The notes beneath the pieces are model-generated. The model did not search any database and was not told the origin of the DNA. It worked only from the letters and a program-made list of their open reading frames with translations. DNA of 64,000 nt from Elusimicrobiota bacterium (lineage in GTDB: Bacteria > Elusimicrobiota > Elusimicrobia > Elusimicrobiales > UBA9959), in contig JAINCQ010000037.1 in the NCBI GenBank assembly GCA_036574205.1, positions 19,541 through 83,540 of the forward strand, in the 5' to 3' direction. Both the position numbers and the translations under genes were made by a program. Positions 16,622 to 27,180 of this stretch are shown here, in pieces. The first letter of the stretch is position 1. Each line of letters opens with the position of its first letter.

Positions 16622-18079
16622 TTAGGGTATCTTAAGAGTTTTTATATAGTTTATTGCTTGTTTCTGAGTTTTTATTTTACCTTCAAGTTGTAGATTTATT
16701 AGTTTTTTCAGTATTTTCCCAACATTCGGTCCAGATGGTATATTAAGATTTTTCATTATAGTATCCCCATTTATAAGAGGCTTTATATCGGATTTTGAAT
16801 TATATTTTTCATAATTTTTAATTATTGAGTTTACAACCTGTAAAAATCTTAATGTTTTTTTAAATCCAGTCCTAGGTAATTTGTTTGTTATTGCAAATGG
16901 CTTTGCCTTTGTTTTTTTATAAGATTTTTCAAGTTTTTTTTCACTTATATAACTTGAATGATCACCCCATGATAATATCAAAAGTCCAAGTGCTGCCTCT
17001 TTTAAATCATAAAATATTCTCAATATAGCTTTTTGCGTTATTATATTATTATGTGCAATATTGCCTATCCTGAGATGATTTGCTATTATTGTTTTTATAT
17101 ACTTTATTTCATTATTTGAAAACCTATAATCTCTTAATATTCTTTCTGCAAGTATTGCCCCATATTCTTCATGACCAAAAAATCTGAGCCTGTTGTCTAT
17201 AACCTTTGCTTTATGAGGCTTTGCAATATCATGCAAAAGAGCGGCCATTTTTATTTCGTTTTTTCGGTTTTCTATTTCTTCTATAACTTTTTTTGAAGCA
17301 GATAAATACTTTTTTGGTGAAAGATAAAGTATATCAAGTCTTTTCAGGACATTAAAGGTGTGTTTTAATACACCTCCCTTACCATAATAGATTTCAGCGC
17401 ATTTTATCTGAGATTTAAGAATAGGTAGAATTTCAAATAAAACTTCACTTTCAGCCATTTTTTTAAATACTGAAGATGAGTTATCAGATTTAAGTATTTT
17501 TAAAATCTCTTCCCTTATCCTCTCCTTAGCGGAAAGAGAAATAAGCTTCTTACAGTCAACTATTTCTTTATGTGTTTTTGGGCTTATTTTAAAGCCCCAA
17601 GACATAAATCTATATGCTCTTAAAATTCTCAAAGGGTCATCATGAAAACTTTCTGGAGTAATAGTTTTTATAATTTTATGTTTTAAATCTTTTATCCCTC
17701 CAGTTAAATTTATTATGTTTTTTGGGTTTAGCCTTAAATTAAATTTTTCATTTGTTATCTTTATGTTGGAGTTTTTTAATGGCACGGTAAGAGAATTTAT
17801 TGTAAAATCCCTTTTGAATATGTCGGAGTTTATATCGTCTATGCGGGAAATATCTACAGTGAGATTTTTGAAGAGATTTATTCTGTATATTCCTCTTTCC
17901 TTATCAAGAGGAAAGATGTTATATTTGTTTGATATTTTTTTTAGTATCTCAAAAAAAAATTTTGGGTTAGCGGATATAACAATATCAATATCGTATATAT
18001 CTTCTTTAAGAAAATAATCTCTTATGGCTCCGCCAACGAGATAAGTTTCATAATCTCTTAATAAATAAAACAAATCCAT
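16622..18079 (-). CDS. cca: CCA-adding tRNA nucleotidyltransferase with HD domain
   Basis: 485-aa ORF with the class II polymerase-beta N-terminus (LVGGAIRDYFLKEDIYDIDIV, RDFTINS) and an HD-domain region (LLHDIAKP). Confidence 0.8.
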   Translation of the reverse strand: MDLFYLLRDYETYLVGGAIRDYFLKEDIYDIDIVISANPKFFFEILKKISNKYNIFPLDKERGIYRINLFKNLTVDISRIDDINSDIFKRDFTINSLTVPLKNSNIKITNEKFNLRLNPKNIINLTGGIKDLKHKIIKTITPESFHDDPLRILRAYRFMSWGFKISPKTHKEIVDCKKLISLSAKERIREEILKILKSDNSSSVFKKMAESEVLFEILPILKSQIKCAEIYYGKGGVLKHTFNVLKRLDILYLSPKKYLSASKKVIEEIENRKNEIKMAALLHDIAKPHKAKVIDNRLRFFGHEEYGAILAERILRDYRFSNNEIKYIKTIIANHLRIGNIAHNNIITQKAILRIFYDLKEAALGLLILSWGDHSSYISEKKLEKSYKKTKAKPFAITNKLPRTGFKKTLRFLQVVNSIIKNYEKYNSKSDIKPLINGDTIMKNLNIPSGPNVGKILKKLINLQLEGKIKTQKQAINYIKTLKIP

Positions 18080-18107
18080 ATTTTTAATTTTAACATTTTT
18101 AAAAATG

Positions 18108-19007
18108 CTACTTTGCTATTCCTTTGTTTCTTGGGTCAAATATGTCTCTAAAAGCATCTCCTACAAGATTAAATCCAAGGACAAAAAAGAATATAAAAGC
18201 AGATGGTATTAATACAATATGCGAATATTCAGCCGGGTTTGAAAAACTTTGTATTATCCAGTTTCTTGACATAGAGATAATCTGTCCCCAATCAGAATAT
18301 CCCGGGGGAGAACCAAGTCCAAGAAAGCTGAGAGAAGAAGCCATCAAAACTACATTTGCAATATCCAGCGAAGCCATTATAACGATTGTATATACTGAAT
18401 TTGGTATTATGTGTTTTTTTAGTATCCACCAGGAGCTTGCACCAAGTATTTTTGGATATAAAACAAAATCCATAGATTTTATTTTTAATATTTCGCTTCT
18501 AAAAAGTCTTGCATAAGAAGGCCATGAAACAAGAGCTAAAGCAATGATTATTTTATTTATCCCGGGTCCTAAAACACTTGCTATAACCATTGCAAGAACA
18601 AGTGATGGTATTGAAAGAACTATATCGGTAAATCTCATTATAATTTCATCAAGCCATCTGCCATAATATCCGCTAATCCATCCTAAAATTATCCCTATAA
18701 AAAATGAAATAATTATTACTACAATGCTTATTTTAAATGCGAGCCTTGTTCCCCATACCATTGCATAAAAAATGTCATATTGATTTTGGGTTGTGCCAAA
18801 GATAGCTTTTGAAGATGGCTTTTGGGGCTCAATGGAAAATCCATGTTGATTGGTTATGTAAGGGTCTATGTTTTGAGGTTTTGCGATAAGAGGAGCTAAA
18901 ATGGCGATAATTATATAAGCTGATATAATAATTAATCCTATCGTAGATTGCTTATTGGATAATAATTTTTTTATAATTTCATTCATATCGTATTCTTGGA
19001 TCAACAA
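18108..19007 (-). CDS. Peptide ABC transporter permease (OppC/DppC type)
   Basis: 299-aa polytopic ORF with the BPD-transporter EAA-like loop (SMDFVLYPKILGASSWWILKKHIIPN). Confidence 0.8.
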   Translation of the reverse strand: MLIQEYDMNEIIKKLLSNKQSTIGLIIISAYIIIAILAPLIAKPQNIDPYITNQHGFSIEPQKPSSKAIFGTTQNQYDIFYAMVWGTRLAFKISIVVIIISFFIGIILGWISGYYGRWLDEIIMRFTDIVLSIPSLVLAMVIASVLGPGINKIIIALALVSWPSYARLFRSEILKIKSMDFVLYPKILGASSWWILKKHIIPNSVYTIVIMASLDIANVVLMASSLSFLGLGSPPGYSDWGQIISMSRNWIIQSFSNPAEYSHIVLIPSAFIFFFVLGFNLVGDAFRDIFDPRNKGIAK

Positions 19008-20010
19008 TAGCGTATAAAATATCTATAATAAAATTTCCAACAACAAATAATAAAGAAATAACTATAGCAAAACCCATAACCCCGCTTATATCAAGCTGGC
19101 TTGCTGCTTTAACCCCCCAGCTTCCTATACCTGGCCAGTCAAATATAGTTTCGGTTATCACCACTCCTCCTAAAAGCCTTATAAGCTGTAGTCCCCCTAT
19201 CGTTATCTGCGGTATAAGTATATTCTTTTTTATATGTTTATTTATGATATATTTTTCATCAAGTCCCTTTGCTTTAAGGGTTCTGACATAGTCCTTATTA
19301 ATCTCTTCAATAGCCGATGTCCTTGTTATTTTTATAAAAACTGCGGATGTTCCAAGAAATATAGAAAAGGCAGGAAGAAAAAGATGTTTTAATGAATCTA
19401 TAAAAATAAAAAAGTTTAAATTTAAAATTGAGTCTATCAGCATAAAATTTGTATATCTAATAAATTTCCCGCTTGATATAATTATGTCAGTTTCCACTGA
19501 ATATCTCTGTGGCTCAAATATTCCCAGTATTCCATAAAAAATCAACAAAAGCATTATGCCTATTATAAAAGAAGGCATTGAGTAAAAAAATGACGAAAAA
19601 AATCTTACAGTTTTATCTATCCATAAACCCTGTTTTAGGGCAGAGATAAGTCCCAGAAAATTTCCTATTAAGAATATTGGAATTATTGAAAAAAGAGCAA
19701 GTTCTATAGTTGCGGGTAAATACGTTTTTATGGCATCAGAAACTTTCATCCTTGCAGTTTGAGAATATCCTAAATCTCCTTTAAGCATTTTTGAAAGCCA
19801 TTTCAGATATCTTATAGGTATTGGTTTATCCAGATTATATTGGGTTATTAGTTCATTTATCTCCTCTGATGTAAGTTCTTTATCGGAGGTAGAGTATGAG
19901 ATTGCAAGTGTTGATGGTGGAAGTATGTTTATTATTGTAAATAATATGAATGTTATCCCCAAAAAAGTAAGTGGAAGTAATAAAATTTTTCTCAAAAAAA
20001 ATTTTTTCAT
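18979..20010 (-). CDS. Peptide ABC transporter permease (OppB/DppB type)
   Basis: 343-aa polytopic ORF with the KDYVRTLKAKGLDEKYIINKHIKKN EAA motif and a DPRIRY C-terminus. Confidence 0.8.
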   Translation of the reverse strand: MKKFFLRKILLLPLTFLGITFILFTIINILPPSTLAISYSTSDKELTSEEINELITQYNLDKPIPIRYLKWLSKMLKGDLGYSQTARMKVSDAIKTYLPATIELALFSIIPIFLIGNFLGLISALKQGLWIDKTVRFFSSFFYSMPSFIIGIMLLLIFYGILGIFEPQRYSVETDIIISSGKFIRYTNFMLIDSILNLNFFIFIDSLKHLFLPAFSIFLGTSAVFIKITRTSAIEEINKDYVRTLKAKGLDEKYIINKHIKKNILIPQITIGGLQLIRLLGGVVITETIFDWPGIGSWGVKAASQLDISGVMGFAIVISLLFVVGNFIIDILYAIVDPRIRYE

Positions 20011-21128
20011 TCTTTTGCCATCTCCGCTATTATTGATTTTGCAACATCCTTTGAAATTATAGCCTCTTTTATATTTAGTTTTTCATAAGGTGTATGAACA
20101 TTTTTCATCCCTGTGGGGATATTTGCTGTCTTTATTCCCATTTTAAAAAAATTATTTGCGTCAGTTCCGCCAAAACTTTTTATAAATTTGGCTTTTAATC
20201 CAATCTTTTTATATGAGTTTTCTATATTTTTTAATAATACCTTATCTTTTTCTATTGAAAAGCTTTCAAATCTTTTTCTTATATTAATTAAACATTTTGA
20301 TTTTTTATACTCTTTTTGACTGGATACAAAGTCAACTATCTGCTTTATTTTGCTTTCAACTTTAATTATCTCTTTTAAATCAAAACTACGTATCTCTCCC
20401 TCAGCTTGCGCAAAAGGTGGAACTATGTTTATTCCTGATCCTCCTTTTACAAATCCAATATTTATAGTAGTGTTTTTTGAAATCCTTCCCTGTGTTATTT
20501 GGGATATTATTTTTGAAATTATAGATATAGCTGAAACTCCTTTCTCTGGTTCTACCCCGGAATGTGCCGCAATCCCTTTAACATCTATTGTGAAATTATC
20601 CACTCCGACTGATGATATAACCACTTCATTTATTTTCTTTTCATTATCAAATACAAGTCCATATTTAGATTTTAAGAGATCTTTTTTCATAAATCTTGTC
20701 CCTAAAAGCCCTATTTCCTCGCATACCGAAAATACCAGTTCAAGTGGAGGATGATTAATTTTTTCTTTTATTAACTCTTTTACAGCATGGATTATTATTG
20801 CTATACCAGCCTTGCAATCAGCTCCAAGTATTGTTTTGTTAGCTGTTGTTATAAAACCGTTTTTTACAATTATATTTGGTTTTGTTTCAGTTGATACTGT
20901 GTCAAGATGCGCTGAAAGAAGGAAAGGCTTTAATTTTTTGTCACCAGGTATTTTGACTATAAGATTACCTGTTTCGCTTTGAGTAAACTTTTGAGTTTCA
21001 TCTATTATAATTTCAGATGAAATTTCACTTAATTCTTTTTTTACATATTCGCATATTTGTTTTTCTTTTCTTGAAGGAGATATTATCTCAGCCATTTCGC
21101 AAAAGGTTTTTATCATTGGACTAATCAT
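20007..21128 (-). CDS. M20-family metallopeptidase, PepT-like
   Basis: 373-aa ORF with SAHLDTV, GADCKAGIA and the EEIGLLG metal-ligand region. It is embedded between the permease and ATPase genes. Confidence 0.7.
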   Translation of the reverse strand: MISPMIKTFCEMAEIISPSRKEKQICEYVKKELSEISSEIIIDETQKFTQSETGNLIVKIPGDKKLKPFLLSAHLDTVSTETKPNIIVKNGFITTANKTILGADCKAGIAIIIHAVKELIKEKINHPPLELVFSVCEEIGLLGTRFMKKDLLKSKYGLVFDNEKKINEVVISSVGVDNFTIDVKGIAAHSGVEPEKGVSAISIISKIISQITQGRISKNTTINIGFVKGGSGINIVPPFAQAEGEIRSFDLKEIIKVESKIKQIVDFVSSQKEYKKSKCLINIRKRFESFSIEKDKVLLKNIENSYKKIGLKAKFIKSFGGTDANNFFKMGIKTANIPTGMKNVHTPYEKLNIKEAIISKDVAKSIIAEMAKE

Positions 21129-22009
21129 TTACTTACCTCTATGCATTTGTAATAGTGATTTTTTCCTGCGGATGAGACTTTTCCATCAAATTTAAGGCAT
21201 GCTTCTGAAAATTCTATACAGATATTTGAGAATACACAGGCTGAATTTACTTCTCTTTCAACTATGGATATTTTCTCATTTTTTTTGTCAGTTGAAAGTA
21301 TAGATGATATGAGAAGTTTTGTGTATGGATGCGCTGGTTTTGTTATAACAGCCTGAGTATCCCCCCATTCAAGCATCTCTCCTTTATAAAGTATTATAAC
21401 TTTGTTTGTTAAATAATATATAGATGATATATCGTGTGAGACAAAAATTAGCGTAAATTTATACTCTTTCAAAAGATCTTTTAATAAATTTAGAATCTGA
21501 GCTGAAATTGATATGTCAAGGCTTGAAATAGGTTCATCGCATATTAATAAATCAGGTTTTGTTATTATAGCTCTTGCTATAGCAACCCTTTGTTTTTGTC
21601 CACCTGAAAGTTGATGTGGATATTTATGTGCCAGATCATAAGAAAGTCCAACCTTTAAGATTGTTTCAGTAAATAACTTATCCAGGTTTTTTTTGTCTTT
21701 TGGTTTTTGGAGTAGAAGTGGTTCCAATACAATATCTTTTATTTTCATTCGTGGATTAAGACTTGACGCAGGATCCTGAAAAATATACTGTATATGTATA
21801 GTGGGAGAATTTTCGTTTGTATTGAATTTGATCTCCCCCTTAGTTGCTTTTTCAACTTGAGCTATAGCCTTACATAAAGTAGTTTTCCCGCTTCCAGACT
21901 GGCCCGCTATCCCAAGGGCATCGCCTTTTTCAATATCAAATGAGATATTTTTTAAAGCGAAAAAATTTTTATATTTTACGCTCAGGTCTTTTATTTCAAG
22001 TATTTTCAT
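21125..22009 (-). CDS. Peptide ABC transporter ATP-binding protein (OppF/DppF type)
   Basis: 294-aa ORF with Walker A GQSGSGKT, signature LSGGQKQR, Walker B LLICDEP, and a Cys-containing oligopeptide-type C-terminal extension. Confidence 0.85.
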   Translation of the reverse strand: MKILEIKDLSVKYKNFFALKNISFDIEKGDALGIAGQSGSGKTTLCKAIAQVEKATKGEIKFNTNENSPTIHIQYIFQDPASSLNPRMKIKDIVLEPLLLQKPKDKKNLDKLFTETILKVGLSYDLAHKYPHQLSGGQKQRVAIARAIITKPDLLICDEPISSLDISISAQILNLLKDLLKEYKFTLIFVSHDISSIYYLTNKVIILYKGEMLEWGDTQAVITKPAHPYTKLLISSILSTDKKNEKISIVEREVNSACVFSNICIEFSEACLKFDGKVSSAGKNHYYKCIEVSK

Positions 22010-22947
22010 ACATTCCAGCAGCTATAAAAACCACTCTCAGTTTTATTTGATGGCGGCTTTTTCATACATTTTTCATTTGCGAAATTGCATCTTGTCATAA
22101 ATCTACATCCCCGGGGCATTTCAAATATTGATGGCATTATGCCTTTTATTGTTTTAAGAGTATCTTTCTTTTCTAATTTTACTATTGATTCTATAAGCGA
22201 TTTTGTGTAAGGGTGTCTTGGATTTTTTATTATATCCTCTGTTTTGCCTTCTTCCATAATCTCGCCTAAATACATAACATAAACATAATCTGAATACTGC
22301 GAAACTATGGCAAAATTATGTGTAATAAGCATAACGGAAAGTTCTTTTTCTTTTTTCAGTTTTTCAAGCAGGTTTAATATTTCTATCTGAGTAACTACAT
22401 CAAGCGCTGTTGTAGGTTCGTCAGCTATTATAAGCGAAGGGTCGGTTAAAAGTGAGGTGGCTATTAGTATTCTTTGCCTTTGTCCTCCGGAGAAATTGTG
22501 AGGATACATTTTTATTTTATCTGGTGGTATTCCTACTGTTTTAAGTAATTCTCTGGCTTTATTAATAGCATTTTTTTTATCGGCTAATTTATGCTGGATT
22601 AAAACTTCTATCATCTGTGTCTGAATATTGACTACTGGATTTAATGCAGTAAGTGGTTCCTGAAAAACAAATGAAATTTCTTTCCCTCTCAACTTTCTTA
22701 TTTCATTTTCTCCCAACTGAGCTATGTTTTTACCTTTAAATATTATCTCCCCGCTTTCTATAAATATGTTTTTATCAAGAAGCTTTATTATTGAAAGAGC
22801 GGTAAGTGTTTTCCCGCTTCCAGACTCCCCTACAATAGCAACTGTTTGACCTTTTTCTATTTTTATTGAAACATTATTTACTATGTTGTATTTTTTTGAG
22901 TTTATATTGGCGGAAAGAGAAAGATTTCTTATTTCAAGCGTATTCAT
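22006..22947 (-). CDS. Peptide ABC transporter ATP-binding protein (OppD/DppD type)
   Basis: 313-aa ORF with GESGSGKT, FSGGQRQR, IIADEPTTALD and an HPYT C-terminal domain. Confidence 0.85.
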   Translation of the reverse strand: MNTLEIRNLSLSANINSKKYNIVNNVSIKIEKGQTVAIVGESGSGKTLTALSIIKLLDKNIFIESGEIIFKGKNIAQLGENEIRKLRGKEISFVFQEPLTALNPVVNIQTQMIEVLIQHKLADKKNAINKARELLKTVGIPPDKIKMYPHNFSGGQRQRILIATSLLTDPSLIIADEPTTALDVVTQIEILNLLEKLKKEKELSVMLITHNFAIVSQYSDYVYVMYLGEIMEEGKTEDIIKNPRHPYTKSLIESIVKLEKKDTLKTIKGIMPSIFEMPRGCRFMTRCNFANEKCMKKPPSNKTESGFYSCWNV

Positions 22948-23399
22948 TTAGAATTTAATATGATAGTTACCGGTCCATCATTTTCAAGAGCAACAACCAT
23001 CTCCTCTTGAAAAACCCCGGTTTTTATTTTTTGGGGATTGTAGTTTTCCTTTAATTTTTTTACAAAAAGATTATAGAACTCAAGGGCTTTGTCAGGAGGC
23101 ATTGCTTTTGAAAAATCGGGTCGTCTTCCTTTTGAGGCGTCGCCTATGAGGGTAAACTGAGAAACAGCAATAATTTCTCCCTCTATGTCTTTTATTGAAA
23201 GGTCAAATTTTCCTCTGTCATTTGAAAATATTCTGAGATTTAATATTTTATTAACCATCCACTCTATATCTTTTTCATTATCATCTTTGGCAAATCCACA
23301 TAAAACAAGATATCCTTCAGCTATTTGAGAGTAAATCTGGTTGGCTATTTTGACATTTGATTTTAAAACCCTTTGAACTACACAAATCATATTTTCCAA
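22944..23399 (-). CDS. dtd: D-aminoacyl-tRNA deacylase
   Basis: 151-aa ORF with MICVVQRV..., SQFTL and GPVT motifs. Confidence 0.9.
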   Translation of the reverse strand: MENMICVVQRVLKSNVKIANQIYSQIAEGYLVLCGFAKDDNEKDIEWMVNKILNLRIFSNDRGKFDLSIKDIEGEIIAVSQFTLIGDASKGRRPDFSKAMPPDKALEFYNLFVKKLKENYNPQKIKTGVFQEEMVVALENDGPVTIILNSK

Positions 23400-23447
23400 G
23401 ATAATTGCCCAATTTTATGATCTTAGATAAAGATCTTATATTATCTG

Positions 23448-24572
23448 TTATTGTTCAAGCAATTCAACATTTGCTCTTGGGACAATAACTTTTTCTCCAG
23501 TTTCAAGTTCAACCTCAAGAATTCTTACATGACTTTCTGTCTGGATAATTGTTGGTTGTGGTGGAAGATTTGAGACTCTCCCAATGAGACCAAAATAAGG
23601 TTCTCTTATTATTCTTATCCTATCGCCTATCTCCATCCATGTTCTTGATTCATCTTTTCTTTTAACATCCATATTCTTTGGCGCTCCGCAAATTATTATC
23701 TCTGGCCTCATTACCCCCGCTCTTATCTGAGTTGCACCGCTTACAGATGCTTTTTCTCCTTCCCTTGCCTTTAATAGTTTAAATGTATATTCAGCCATTC
23801 TTATCTGCCCAAATCCTTCAGTTGTGATAATAGTTATCCCTATTTTTTCTGTGCCGGTTACAGCAACACCTATATCATAACCCAGTAATTGTCTTAAGTC
23901 TTTATCGTGTATGCCGGCAACCACTATTGCATTTACACCTATTTTAATTGCTTTTTTTATTGTTTCAATTCCCGCATGTTTTCCGCCAACTATTATCTTT
24001 TCTCTATCTGAATCCTTTATGTGCTCTGGAAGTAGTTCTTCGTCAGGAGTGTCAACGGCAACCCTTATCTCTCCGTTTGTCTCTCCGCCTATTCCAAATA
24101 TTCCCTGTATAAACGTCCCTTCAGTTTCTATTTCAACCCCAAAGTTTTGTTCAACTTTCACAACTTTTCCTTTTATATAAGCTTTTAACGGAAGTATTTT
24201 TGGAGGTTCTCTAAATAAAACCTGTCCTGTTACTTCAGAAATTGAATCAAGAGTGCCTGTTATCGGGGAGACAACCTGCGAGCGGAGAAATCTTATAAAG
24301 GGTTTTGTCTCGGCTATAACCTCTCCCTTTTTTACACTATCCCCAGGTTTTTTGATCAGGTAATTTTTCATTTCAGCTGGCGTAATTCCCAGTCTGTTTG
24401 CTACATTAACAGAGTATACTTTTCCAGGAATCTGAGCTTCAGCTACAACATCAAGCGCATCAACCTCTTTCCCCTCAGATACAAGAACCTTGCCAGGTAT
24501 TGGTAACGTCCTTTTTTTCTTTATTAACGTTAGTGGTAAAACTTTTAATCCGGGAGTATACGCATGAGCCAT
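23448..24572 (-). CDS. Conserved hypothetical protein (hybrid-barrel-like N-terminus, KOW/SH3-like C-terminus), partner of the GlmL-like ATPase
   Basis: 374-aa ORF starting 10 nt after the upstream gene. It has a PGDSVKKGEVIAE lipoyl/hybrid-motif-like turn and a C-terminal GDRIRIIREPYFGLIGRV KOW-like segment. I cannot name a family. Confidence 0.4.
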   Translation of the reverse strand: MAHAYTPGLKVLPLTLIKKKRTLPIPGKVLVSEGKEVDALDVVAEAQIPGKVYSVNVANRLGITPAEMKNYLIKKPGDSVKKGEVIAETKPFIRFLRSQVVSPITGTLDSISEVTGQVLFREPPKILPLKAYIKGKVVKVEQNFGVEIETEGTFIQGIFGIGGETNGEIRVAVDTPDEELLPEHIKDSDREKIIVGGKHAGIETIKKAIKIGVNAIVVAGIHDKDLRQLLGYDIGVAVTGTEKIGITIITTEGFGQIRMAEYTFKLLKAREGEKASVSGATQIRAGVMRPEIIICGAPKNMDVKRKDESRTWMEIGDRIRIIREPYFGLIGRVSNLPPQPTIIQTESHVRILEVELETGEKVIVPRANVELLEQ

Positions 24573-24582
24573 TTTTCCCTCC

Positions 24583-26379
24583 TTATTTTTCAGGATACAT
24601 TTTTATTTTACTTAACCATTTATTAAGGTTTTCTATCCTCTTTGATTCGCTTTTTGAAATTTCTAAAGGTCTTCCTCTTCCATCAAAGAGTATTCCTCCA
24701 ACCCCACCCTGTATCTTTGCTTTTACCTTTGCATTTTTCCCTTCTCCTGCATTAAATCCTTTCATTGGTTTAAGGATTATCTCAGCTTCATCATCAGGTA
24801 ATTCCACAAGGTATATTTCTCCAAACCTTAACTCTCCATTTATAACTTTCCCTTCTTTTGTTTTTATCTCCCATTCTAAAATTAACTCTCCTTCCTTTGC
24901 AACTCCGACTGGGGCAATAGTTGTACCAAGTTTTATAAGGCAGTCATTATAAAAGACGTCCAGCGCAGCTTTTTCGCTTATCTGAGATAATACCCCAAGA
25001 TGAGGCATCATAAATATTGAATCCACTGCAAGCATTGTTATTCCTTCAAGTTGATAGGAGTCTGTCATTAGAACCATTGACTGAACTCTTCTTGGAGAAT
25101 GAGCCAATACCCCGCCGGACCCTATAACATAATTTAGTTTCATCATATTTATCAAAGATTGACCGGTGGATGTCTGTTCAAAGGCGTCTGAGATAGACCT
25201 TTCCTGTTGCACACCTTTAAGTCCAACAGCAAGAAGTTTATGCTGTTCTAAAGCAAGCCTTAATGCTTCTCTTGCCACGGCGTGTTCTATCATCAGGTCT
25301 TCTATAGTTTGTGGTATGGTCGTTGGTCGTATCATTTTGTTTTTCAGTCTATTTCTTATGTCCTGCTCGTCAATTTTAAAAGGAAGCCATCTCATTATAT
25401 TCTGAACCCCGGCTTCGGCCATCACATTTGAAACCGAATAGCTCATTCCAAGATTAGCGCTTACGGTTCTATTGAATATACCGTCAAATATTGAAAAAAC
25501 ATCAGTTGTTGCTCCACCTATATCTACTGCAAGAACATTGTATCCCTTTGCCTTTGCGAATTTTTCAGTCATAAGGCCTACAGCCATTGGGGTTGGCATT
25601 ATAGGAGCGCCAACCATTTTCATTAATTTGGGATAGCCCGGAGCCTGTTGCATAACGTGTTCAAGAAAAACGTCATGTATTTTATGCCTTGCTGGCATAA
25701 GATTCTCTCTTTCAAGAACTGGCCTGATATTTTCGGTTATCATCAAAGCAGTTTTTTGATCAAGTATTTCTTTAACTTTATCTCTTGCGGCATTATTGCC
25801 GGCGTATATAACTGGAAGCTTATAAGAGGCTCCAAGCCTTGGCTTTGGATCTGCGGCTTTTATAAAATTTGCAAGTTCAACGACATGTGTAATTGTTCCC
25901 CCATCAGTTCCGCCTGATAGAAGTATCATATCAGGTCTGAGCTGTCTTATTCTTTCTATTTTTTCATGATCCGCCCTTCCGTCATTTGAGGCTATTATAT
26001 CCATTACTATTGCTCCAGCGCCAAGGGCGCATCTCTGAGCGGATTCTCCTGTCATTGATTTCACAGCCCCGGCAACCATCATCTGAAGTCCTCCTCCAGC
26101 AGAGCTTGTTGAAACATATATATCTACTCCTGTATTATCTTTATTTGGTGTAATAACTTTATCTCCATCTAAAATTTTTCTACCTGAAAGTTCTTCAACC
26201 TCTGTAATCGCGTTTTTTACTCCGCAGGTAACATCCTCAAAAGGGGCTTCAACTGTCGTTGGAGCTTCTCCTCTAAAAGTTTGTCTATATGTATCGCCTT
26301 TTTTTTCTATTAAAATTGCTTTAGTTGTGGTGCTTCCGCAGTCAGTAGCTATTATAACATTTAAATCCTTATCACTCAT
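24583..26379 (-). CDS. GlmL/MutL-like ASKHA-superfamily ATPase (glutamate-mutase-L family)
   Basis: 598-aa ORF with N-terminal IIATDCGSTTTKAILI and central VDIGGATTDVFSI phosphate-binding motifs, characteristic of the glmL family and of mutase or dehydratase reactivase-like proteins. Confidence 0.65.
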   Translation of the reverse strand: MSDKDLNVIIATDCGSTTTKAILIEKKGDTYRQTFRGEAPTTVEAPFEDVTCGVKNAITEVEELSGRKILDGDKVITPNKDNTGVDIYVSTSSAGGGLQMMVAGAVKSMTGESAQRCALGAGAIVMDIIASNDGRADHEKIERIRQLRPDMILLSGGTDGGTITHVVELANFIKAADPKPRLGASYKLPVIYAGNNAARDKVKEILDQKTALMITENIRPVLERENLMPARHKIHDVFLEHVMQQAPGYPKLMKMVGAPIMPTPMAVGLMTEKFAKAKGYNVLAVDIGGATTDVFSIFDGIFNRTVSANLGMSYSVSNVMAEAGVQNIMRWLPFKIDEQDIRNRLKNKMIRPTTIPQTIEDLMIEHAVAREALRLALEQHKLLAVGLKGVQQERSISDAFEQTSTGQSLINMMKLNYVIGSGGVLAHSPRRVQSMVLMTDSYQLEGITMLAVDSIFMMPHLGVLSQISEKAALDVFYNDCLIKLGTTIAPVGVAKEGELILEWEIKTKEGKVINGELRFGEIYLVELPDDEAEIILKPMKGFNAGEGKNAKVKAKIQGGVGGILFDGRGRPLEISKSESKRIENLNKWLSKIKMYPEK

Positions 26380-26674
26380 TTTTACCTCCTTCTAATTGTT
26401 GCTTTAAATATTCTATACCCTTTGGATTTTCAATAATACTTGAAAGTTTGGTTAGCTCTTGCTTTGAAAATATAAATCCTAATGTTGGTTCTATAAAATA
26501 CATAATGTTTGAGGCTATTGTATGAATAGGTGTTGTTGCTTCAAGAGCAAATATTGCAATATCTTCCATCTTGCGTTTTTTTATTTTTATTGCTGCTCTT
26601 AAAATAAAATCCTTCTCATCCTCAGAAAGTTGTCTTCCTTTATTTATCTTAAAAGCATTTGACCATATGCTCAT
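26372..26674 (-). CDS. Hypothetical small protein, translationally coupled to the GlmL-like gene
   Basis: 100-aa ORF with an 8-nt overlap with the downstream gene. No recognised motif. Confidence 0.4.
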   Translation of the reverse strand: MSIWSNAFKINKGRQLSEDEKDFILRAAIKIKKRKMEDIAIFALEATTPIHTIASNIMYFIEPTLGFIFSKQELTKLSSIIENPKGIEYLKQQLEGGKNE

Positions 26675-26715
26675 AACTAAATTATATTATTTTTTTTCTA
26701 ACTTTTCCATTTGCT

Positions 26716-27180
26716 TTATTTTAACCATCTTAATTTGATTTTCTCTCCTTTTTTGATTCCAATTTTTCTAGCCATCCCGGCATTTAATTCTATTACATAC
26801 ATAGCATTTGAACTAACCCTTGCAATTTTTTCATTAGGTGTTGTATCTCCAGAGGCGGGCGTTTCGGCAAATATTTCATTTACCTTAAAATTTTTTGAAA
26901 CAAAAATTATGTCAAGCGGAATGTACGTGTTTTTCATCCAGAATGTCCTTTCTGTCTCTTCTTCAAAAATAAATATCATGCCGCATTTTTCACAAAGGTT
27001 CTTCCTGAACATTAACCCAAGCGTTCTTTCGTGTTCAGTTCTGGCTATCTCAAGAGATATCTCAACCCCATTTGCTTTCAATATGGCTTTTTTTGCGTTT
27101 TTTATAGAATTGTTATTCATAGAAAAAAATGCTATTAAACACAGTATAATTATTAAAGCTGTTATAAAAATTTTTTTCAT
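26716..27180 (-). CDS. DUF192-family protein
   Basis: 154-aa ORF with a signal/TM N-terminus and GLMFR...GMIFIF...FWMKNTYIPLDIIFV motifs. Confidence 0.7.
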   Translation of the reverse strand: MKKIFITALIIILCLIAFFSMNNNSIKNAKKAILKANGVEISLEIARTEHERTLGLMFRKNLCEKCGMIFIFEEETERTFWMKNTYIPLDIIFVSKNFKVNEIFAETPASGDTTPNEKIARVSSNAMYVIELNAGMARKIGIKKGEKIKLRWLK

